Assembly (NCBI GenBank): GCA_002269645.1
Contig: NIVC01000506.1
Coordinates: forward strand, 186,001 to 250,000
Source of the DNA: Macrostomum lignano
Lineage: Eukaryota
Reading direction: 5' to 3'
DNA length: 64,000 nucleotides
Of the stretch, positions 56,401 through 64,000 are shown piece by piece; position 1 is the stretch's first letter; every line of letters starts with the position of its first letter. Both the position numbers and the translations under genes were made by a program. Below the pieces are notes generated by a model, which was given only the letters and a program-made list of their open reading frames with translations, was not told the DNA's origin and did no database searches.

Positions 56401-59400
56401 GATAAGGGGCGCCAGAAGGGGATAACGGGCGCCATGAAGGGGATAAGGGGCACCATGATGGGATAAGGGGCGCCATGAAAGGGATAAAGGGGCGTCATGA
56501 GGGAATAAGGGGTACCATGAGGGGATAAATGGCGCAATGAGGGGATATGGGGCGCCATCAGGGGACAAGAAGCGCCATGAGGGGATAAGGGGCGCCATGA
56601 GGGGATAAGGGGCGCCATGAAGGGGATAAAGGGCGCCATGAGGGGATAAGGGGCGCCATGAGGGGATAAGGGGCGCCATGAGGGGATAAGGGGCGCCATG
56701 AGCTGCTTATCGAGTCAAGAAGCTCACAGCAGTTCTGCTTATAAAAATTTGAATTCATTTTCAAGCAAGTTTTGGTTTCAAACTTTCAGCCCAGCTCTCA
56801 TCACCCCGGCTACGGCAGCCAGCCGGGGTACCTGCCTCCGTCGGCCCCGCCGCCTCCGCCTCCGCCGCCGCTGCCACCGCAACCGACGCCGCGAGCGGAA
56901 CCTTTGAAAAATGAAAATGAACGACTTCGACTGGAGATCAAGGAGCTCAACGACTCGTGAGTGACCGCCATGGTGTGACTTTTGCCTCGCATCGGCTGAT
57001 GCACAAGGGTTCCTCGGACAAGGGGATAGATAGCATTATAGCATTATAGCATTATAGCAATAGAATGGATTGCTAATCTACTCCTCAGACATGGGGATAG
57101 AATGGATTGCTAATCTACTCCTCAGACATGGGGATAGAATGGATTGCTAATCTACTCCTCAGACATGGGGATAGAATGGATTGCTAATCTACTCCTTGCT
57201 CTTTTACCTTGGGGTTGCGATAGGGGCCTCGCGGCCTATTCGCGGCGCCTGCGCCCCCCGTCAGTAGTAAGTAAGTAAGTAAGTAATCTACTCCTCAGAC
57301 ATGGGGAATAGAATGGATTGCTAATCTACTCCACTCGAACTACCACTCCAGGCTGAACAACCAGACCAAGAAGCTGGACCAGCTGGCACCGCTGGCCAAG
57401 AGTCTGGAGCAGGAGCTGGCGGACAGTCAGGATCAGACAGACCGGCTCGGTGACGCCCTGGCTGAGAGGGACCAGCAGAACAAGCAGCTGGGCAATGTGA
57501 GCTGGTGATGGTGCAGTGTGAGCTGGTGATGGGCAGTGTGAGCTGGTGATGGTGCAGTGTGAGCTGGTTATGGGACAGTGTGAACCGGTGATAAAGAGCA
57601 TATTTAATATTTCAAGAACCGATGGCTTCCAGGAGCTGCAGCTGGCGAAGCGCCAGACGGAGGAGTACCGCAGGCAGATGGAATCGCTGACCCGCGCCCT
57701 GAAGGAGAAAGATGCTGCGCTGGGCGCGAAGCAATCGGAGCTTGACTGTGCCAAAAATGTGAGCTCACTTCATCATAAACATCTCAAATAAGTTGTTGCT
57801 TAATTCGACATCTAGATATCCCCAATTCGACATCTAGACATCCCCAATTCGACATCTAGACATCCCAATTCAACATCTAGATATCCCCAGTTCAACATCT
57901 AGACATCCCCAATTCGACATCTAGACATCCCCAATTCGACATCTAGACATCCCCAATTCGACATCTAGACATCCCCAATTCGACATCTAGACATCCCCAA
58001 TTCGACATCTAGATATCCCCAATTCGACATCTAGACATCCCCAATTCGACATCTAGACATCCCCAATTCGACATCTAGACATCCCCAATTCAACATCTAG
58101 ATATCCCCAATTCGACATCTAGACATCCCCAATTCGACATCTAGACATCCCCAATTCGACATCTAGACATCCCCAATTCAACATCTAGACATCCCCAATT
58201 CGACATCTAGACATCCCCAATTCAACATCTAGATATCCCCAATTCGACATCTAGACATTCCCAATTCGTCAGTAGCCACACTCAGCCGCGTCTCCAGCTT
58301 CCCCGCTCGTCGAAAATCCCCAGGAGGCAGCCCAGCAGCAGTCCGAGGCTGATTCGGCCAGGGACGAGGCCGCTCACCTGAAGAGCCTCAACGCTGTGCT
58401 CTGCAAGGAGTGCCAGGAGCTCATCGGCCACATGGCCAGGCAGCAGGAGGTGGGTTATTGGTTGGATTTGTTGGCAGTGTACATTGTGTTAGACAGGTGT
58501 TAGATGCCTGTTAGACAAAATCTAGAACTGTTAGACCAAATCTAGATCTGTTTAGACATGTTAGACATGCATATTAGATACCTGTTAGACAGATTCAGAT
58601 CTGTTAGACATACTGGACAGCTGTTAGACAGAATATAGAACTGTTAGACATGCCGGACACCTGTTAGACACAGCCTGGTCCCGTCGAACATCCGCAGGAA
58701 ACTGCAGGCCTCCGCGCCCAGCTGCAGGCGCTCCGCCGCGAGCGTGATCACGTGACCTCGGAGCTGGCAACCGCGGCGGCCGAGCGCGACCGGATGAAGG
58801 CCTCGCTGCTGGGCATCGACAGCTCCGATTCGCGCAGTCCAGCCGAGGTCATGGCCGACGACCTTCGACAGGAGCTGCTGCTGGCCCGCCAGGAGGCCGA
58901 CCGGCTGCAGGCGCGGTGCGCCGGCCTTGACGAGGAGCGTGCCGGGCTGCAGGAGGCGCACGACAGCCTGCTGGGCGAGCTGGGGGCGCTGCGCCGCGCC
59001 CTGGCCACCTTCCAGGAGACCGTGGCTGGCGAGAACCGCGCCATCGAAGAGGAGAACCGGCGGCTTGCGCGCGAAAACGAGGAACTGAAGCGGGGGAAAA
59101 GCCGGCCAGCAGGCAGGTCGAGGAGCGGCGAGGACGGCCTGGGAGAAAGCGATGAGGAGTGAGTTCGGGTCGGGTGGGGTCAGACTGGCTCGAAGTAGGC
59201 TAGATTGGGTGAAGGAAGTGAGTCAGAATAGGTAACGGCGAGTCGGGAAATATTCGAGTGAGTCATGCGCTTCACAGAATGTGTTAGACTATGATCAAAG
59301 TGAGTCAGAGTGCGTCAGAATGGGTCAGAGTGAGTCAGACTGGGTCAGAGTGAGTCAGACTGGGTCAGAGTGAGTCAGACTGAGTCAGAGTGAGTCAGAA

Positions 59401-62400
59401 TGGGTCATAGTGAGTCAGACTGGGTCAGAGTGAGTCAGACTGAGTCAGAGTGAGTCAGGCTGGGTTAGAGTAAGTCAGCCTGGGTTAGAGTGAGTCAGAC
59501 TGAGTCAGAGTGAGTCAGACTGGGTCAGAGTGAGTCAGGCTGGGTTAGAGTGAGTCAGAATGGGTCAGAGTGAGTCAGAATGGGTCAGAGTGAGTCAGAC
59601 TGGGTCAGAGTGAGTCAGACTTGGTCAGAGTGAGTCAGACTGGGTCAGAGTGAGTCAGACTGGGTCATAGTGAGTCAGAATGGGTCAGAGTGAGTCAGGC
59701 TGGGTCAGAGTGAGTCAGACTGGGTCAGAGTGAGTCAGACTGGGTTAGAGTGAGTCAGAATGGGTCAGAGTGAGTCAGACTGGGTCAGAGTGAGTCAGAC
59801 TGGGTCAGAGTGAGTCAGGCTGGGTTAGAGTGAGTCAGACTGAGTCAGAGTGAGTCAGGCTGGGTTAGAGTAAGTCAGCCTGGGTTAGAGTGAGTCAGAA
59901 TGGGTCAGAGTGAGCCAGACTGGGTCAGAGTGAGTCAGACTGGGTCAGAGTGAGCCGGACAATTCTTTCGCAGACTGGACAACCGGTTGCAAAGCCAGTT
60001 AGACGAGCTCCGACATCAGAACCGGCAGCTGGCCCAGGAGAATGAGCAGCTGAGACGACCTGCTGCATCCGGCTACCGGCTGCCAAGTGAGTGCTGACCA
60101 CACCTTGTCAACCCCCTTGTGCACCTCCTGATATCCCGTTACATTCACTTTGCTTATTGAAGACTTGGGAGCTGCAGCCTCAGCCCCGGGCCTCAGCCGC
60201 GATCTGCAGGACGTCCAGACCAGGCTTGCGGAATCGCGCGACCTCCTGGGTCGTCAGCAGTCGCTCATCGACCAGCTGGAGGCCGGGTTCGATTCGCCTC
60301 CGCAGCAGCGGAAGCGACCATCGACAGCAGCCGGAATCGGGACGGCGGCAGCGGCAGCCTCATCGGCGACGTCTCCGGAGGTAGCAGCGCTGCGGCAGGA
60401 GATCGGCCGCCTGCGCCAGCTGGCCACTGAGAGCCAGCAGCGACGGCCGGAGGTTGACGATCTTCTAAGGCGGCTGTTAGAGGACAGGTAAAAGTCACTT
60501 TAACTCATATTTTCCTCAAACGAGATCCCAATAAAGACTCCCAACTCTGCTCTCACCGACAGCCGCGGCAAAGACGAGGCGATTCGCGCCCTGTCCGCTC
60601 AAGTCGATGCTCTCAAAGCGTCAAGACACTCGCAGCAGCCGTCCGGTGCTGACGATGGGGTCAGCCAGGACGATGGTCTGAGGAATCGAGTCCGAGACCT
60701 GCTGACCGACTGGGGCCGCTTTCAAGGCGACCTGTCCGGCCAGTTGCGCGTCGAGTCGGATGACCGACGGCAGGCCATCCGCGAGCTGGACAGCCGCTTC
60801 CAGGCGCTCGCCAATGAGCTGGAGGCGCTGCGCCGGGGCCGCGGAAGCGCCAGAAACGCCCAGTCCCAGACCCAGACGCCTTGGTTGAGACGACCGCCCG
60901 ATCCGCAGCAGCAGCAACAACAACAGCAACAACAACAGGCTTCGTCCAACGCGGTCTCTTCAGACGACGGCCTGCACGAACGGCGGCCGTCGTCAAAGAA
61001 GCCGACGCACCTTGGCGAGGCCAAAGCTCGCTCGGATTCTTTAAACTTGCATCGCCCGCCAGCTGAGCAGCCGTACGGCACGGCTGGCGGGCCAAGCGTT
61101 GCCAATAGCAACGCAAACACCGCAGCCGCAGCAGCTGCCAGCGACAGCACTAAAAATATCCACACGCAGACGTCTCCACTGCCCCAAGCCTGCCCCGAGC
61201 ATTTTTTCAATAGTTTGCCTTACTTCGAAGGCCCCCGACTCTACGATGAGGTCTCCGATGCCGAGGGCCTGCTGAGCGACGGCAAAGGACGCCACACAAC
61301 GGTTGAAAGCGGCGCCTTTCATCAGCAGCCGCACCTGCAGGGGGAGCCGTCTGGCACATCGGAATCCGCTAATTTGAACCTGCGCTCATGCCCGCAAGAC
61401 CAAGACCGAGCTGATGGGCAGTGCAGCAGCATGTGGGCCAGGCTCAGGTCGGCGAATGCAGGAAACGAAGCCCCTACAGCGCAGTCGCAGCGACAGCGAG
61501 CCAAGAGACAGTCCAGACGGAGCTTCGCCAGCTCAGCCAGCCCATCGCTGCCGGGAAGTCCGCGCCAGTCCGGCCTTCGAGACTCAGCCGGGTGGCACAG
61601 TGAGCGGTCCTTGAGCGGCAGCCCAGCGCGGAGACCGTCGTCTCGTAGCAAAGCACCATGGGACCGTCACGAAGAACGCAACGATTCCGACGAGACTCTG
61701 TCTGGTTCACCGCGACGATCTCGACGCGACAGCGGAACTCGGCGGCGCAAAGTTCCAAAGCTGAACCTGGGCAGTGAGGTCGGGAGCCACGGGCGGCCTC
61801 TCAGCGCAGAAGAAGCAGAAAGTCGAAGCCGAGCAGAGCAGAGCCGGTTGGAGGCTTCAAAGGCTCCAGTTGACAACCTTGGCTTCCGTGTGCCCAGAGG
61901 CGAGGCTAGACATCCCAGCTTCGAATCCGACAGCGGCAAGAGCGCCCGGTTCTCGTCAGACAGACAGGCGCGCGAAAAGCAGCCACGCTCAAGTCTTCGA
62001 ACCTACAGTCAGTCGGAAGCCAGCGTTGGCGAGTCCACCGGCACGGTGAGGCCCACAGGGGCCAATCGACAAGGCGAGTTGGCTAATGAGCCAGCCCCAG
62101 GACGCGGTGTGCGGAGACGCGAAGGTGCTGGATCCGGCAGTGAGGAATCGAGAAGCTCCCGGAGACCGAGCGAACTTGGATACAATAGACGCCCTGATGA
62201 TGATGCTTTCAGTGACAGAGACAAAACCGGGAGCCCAGACAGGCATCCTGACAAACCTAGCCATGCGAATTCCAGCGACAGGACTCTAGATGCGCGGGAT
62301 TCCCAGTCAGCAAGTGCCAGGGACAAGACTCTGTATAAGCAGCGCAACGATTCTCATTCTCCCAGTAACAGGGATCAAAGTCAAGGTGAAAGATTTGTCG

Positions 62401-64000
62401 ATTCTCAGCCAACGAGTGCCAGAGACAGAAGTTGGGATCAGCAATTCGACCAGCTTGGCAGGACCAATTCTCAGGCCGGCAGCAAAGATGGACGCCGCAC
62501 AGGGGAATTCGAAAATAAATCAAATGCTGCGATTAGTAGAGATGGATACCCGGATCAACGATATGACGGTATAGCAGTGAGTAACAGGGACAGAAGTCCA
62601 GACGGACGGTATGACGGCTCTCAGCCTCCCAGCACTAGAGACAGAAGCCGAGACAGACGATATGACGGGTCTCAACCTCCCAGCGCGAGAGACAGAAGCC
62701 GAGACAGACGGTATGGCGGCTCTCAGCCTCCCAGCACTAGAGACAGAAGCCGAGACAGACGGTATGACGGCTCTCAGCCTCCGAGCACTACAGACAGAAG
62801 CCGAGACAGACGGTATGACGAGTCTCAGCCTCCCAGCACTACAGACAGAAGCCGAGACAGACGTTATGACGGCTCTCAGCCTCCCAGTGCGAGAGACAGA
62901 AGCCGAGAGAGACACAAAGACGACTCTCATCCACCCAGTGCAAGAGACAGAAGCCGAGACAGACGTTATGACGGCTCTCAGCCTCCCAGTGCGAGAGACA
63001 AAAGCCGAGAGAGACGTTATGACGGCTCTCAGCCTCCCAGCGCGAGAGACAAAAGCCGAGAGAGACGTTATGACGGCTCTCAGCCTCCCAGTGCGAGAGA
63101 CAAAAGCCGAGAGAGACGTTATGACGGCTCTCAGCCTCCCAGCACTACAGACAGAAGCCGAGACAGACGGTATGACGGCTCTCTGCATCCTTATGCGAGA
63201 GACGGAAGTCGAGACAGAAGCCGAGACAGACGATATGACGGCTCTCAACCTCCCAGTGCGAGAGACAGAAGCCGAGACAGACGATATGACGGCTCTCAAC
63301 CTCCCAGTGCCAGAGACAGAAGCCGAGAGAGACACAAAGACGACTCTCATCTACCCAGTGCGAGAGACAGAAGCCGAGACAGACGTTATGACGGCTCTCA
63401 GCCTCCCAGCGCGAGAGACAGAAGCCGAGACAGACGTTATGACGGCTCTCAGCCTCCCAGCGCAAGAGACAGAAGCCGAGAGAGACACAAAGACGACTCT
63501 CATCTACCCAGTGCGAGAGACAGAAGCCGAGACAGACGTTATGACGGCTCTCAGCCTCCCAGCGCGAGAGACAGAAGCCGAGACAGACGTTATGACGGCT
63601 CTCAGCCTCCCAGCGCGAGAGACAGAAGCCAAGAGAGAGACAAAGACGACTCTCATTCATTCAATAAGAGACACAAAAGCCAAGACAGAAGGTATGACGG
63701 CTCTCAGCCTTACAGCGTGAGAGACAGAAGCCTAGAAAGAGACAAAGACGACTCTCATCCATCCAATAAGAGAGATAGCAGCCGAGACAAACGGTATGAC
63801 GCCTCTCAGCCTCCCAGCGCGAGAGACAGAAGCCGAGAGAGACACAAAGACGCCTCTCAGCCTCCCAGCACGAGAGACAGAAGCCGAGACAGACGATATG
63901 ACGGGTCTCAGCCTCCCAGCGCAAGAGACAGAAGCCGAGACAGACGATATGACGGGTCTCAGCCTCCCAGCGCAAGAGACAGAAGCCGAGACAGACGTTA
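53492..64000 (+). CDS. Large coiled-coil / low-complexity protein of unknown identity, 3'-partial (over 1780 aa visible). Exons 53492-53640, 54971-54996, 55896-56173, 56790-56956, 57352-57496, 57633-57758, 58324-58449, 58698-59158, 59974-60086, 60163-60487, 60563->64000
   Basis: GT-AG junctions with matching phases throughout. Heptad-rich exons (ELQLAKRQTEEYRRQMESL, LRQELLLARQEADRLQ), poly-Pro and poly-Gln tracts. The final exon is open in one frame from 60564 to the window end. Exons 1-2 are less certain. Confidence 0.8.
53690..54295. repeat. GA-rich ~18-22-bp minisatellite (GAGAGACTGGGAGAAGTA)n, intron 1
   Basis: Direct reading. Confidence 0.92.
55045..55810. repeat. 21-22-bp minisatellite (TCCCCTGTCCTACAGGTGAC)n, intron 2
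   Basis: Direct reading, roughly 30-35 units. Confidence 0.95.
56195..56700. repeat. ~22-bp minisatellite (GGGATAAGGGGCGCCATGAGG)n, intron 3
   Basis: Direct reading. Confidence 0.93.
57060..57335. repeat. 37-bp minisatellite (ATGGGGATAGAATGGATTGCTAATCTACTCCTCAGAC)n, intron 4, interrupted by an insertion
   Basis: Direct reading. Confidence 0.92.
57197..57283 (+). mobile_element. 87-bp 5'-truncated non-LTR retroelement end with a (TAAG)n tail, RTE-like
   Basis: Flanked by a 12-bp duplication TAATCTACTCCT (57185-57196, 57284-57295) of the minisatellite unit. Ends GTAGTAAGTAAGTAAGTAAG. Confidence 0.65.
57497..57585. repeat. 20-21-bp repeat beginning exactly at the exon 5 donor (GTGAGCTGGTGATGG..CAGT), 4-5 copies
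   Basis: Direct reading. Confidence 0.88.
57805..58268. repeat. 22-bp minisatellite (TCGACATCTAGACATCCCCAAT)n, intron 6
   Basis: Direct reading. Confidence 0.95.
58490..58670. repeat. Degenerate TGTTAGAC-based repeat, intron 7
   Basis: About 10 TGTTAGA(C/T) motifs. Confidence 0.75.
59300..59955. repeat. 20-bp minisatellite (AGAGTGAGTCAGACTGGGTC)n, intron 8
   Basis: Direct reading, about 32 units. Confidence 0.95.
62590..64000 (+). repeat. Coding 51-bp tandem repeat encoding RDRSRDRRYDGSQPPS[A/T], with a variant RDRSRERHKDDSHPPSA
   Basis: In frame with the 60564 reading frame (codon starts at positions divisible by 3). No stops, and length variants preserve the frame. Confidence 0.88.

Noticed and set aside
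62520-63975. ORF-track proteins TALSLPARETEAETD (62611-63720) and the minus-strand repeats
   Set aside because: Shifted or antisense readings of the coding repeat. Only the RDRSRDRRYDGSQPPS frame is continuous with the upstream spliced exon and open to the window end.

Overview
Eukaryotic (animal) genomic DNA with GC-rich spliced genes and minisatellite-filled introns. The style suggests a free-living flatworm such as Macrostomum, but that is an inference only. 0-20 kb: four same-strand, single-exon GT32 (DXD) glycosyltransferase paralogs. Two are intact and two are frameshifted, and their sequences form a gene-conversion-like patchwork. Between them lie tRNA-derived SINEs, a Tc1/IS630-type transposase relic and a young Ty3/gypsy LTR element whose 5' LTR is split by a 1.6-kb long-TIR DNA transposon. 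23-33.5 kb: a 14-exon GABA-B-like class C GPCR and a divergent LC8 dynein light chain (both minus strand). 34-39 kb: a 4.6-kb 34/30-bp satellite. 39-47 kb: RPL9 and a Ubc12-like E2 with a very long acidic tail. 47-53 kb: an AT-rich, CpG-poor block with decayed SINE, hAT and MITE elements. 53.5-64 kb: a plus-strand coiled-coil gene whose last visible exon is an open frame of more than 3.4 kb, absent from the ORF track and ending in RDRSRDRRYDGSQPPSA repeats. Most introns carry a private minisatellite, and several of these are built from splice-signal motifs on the sense strand. All exon models were derived by eye from GT/GC-AG sites and reading-frame continuity.
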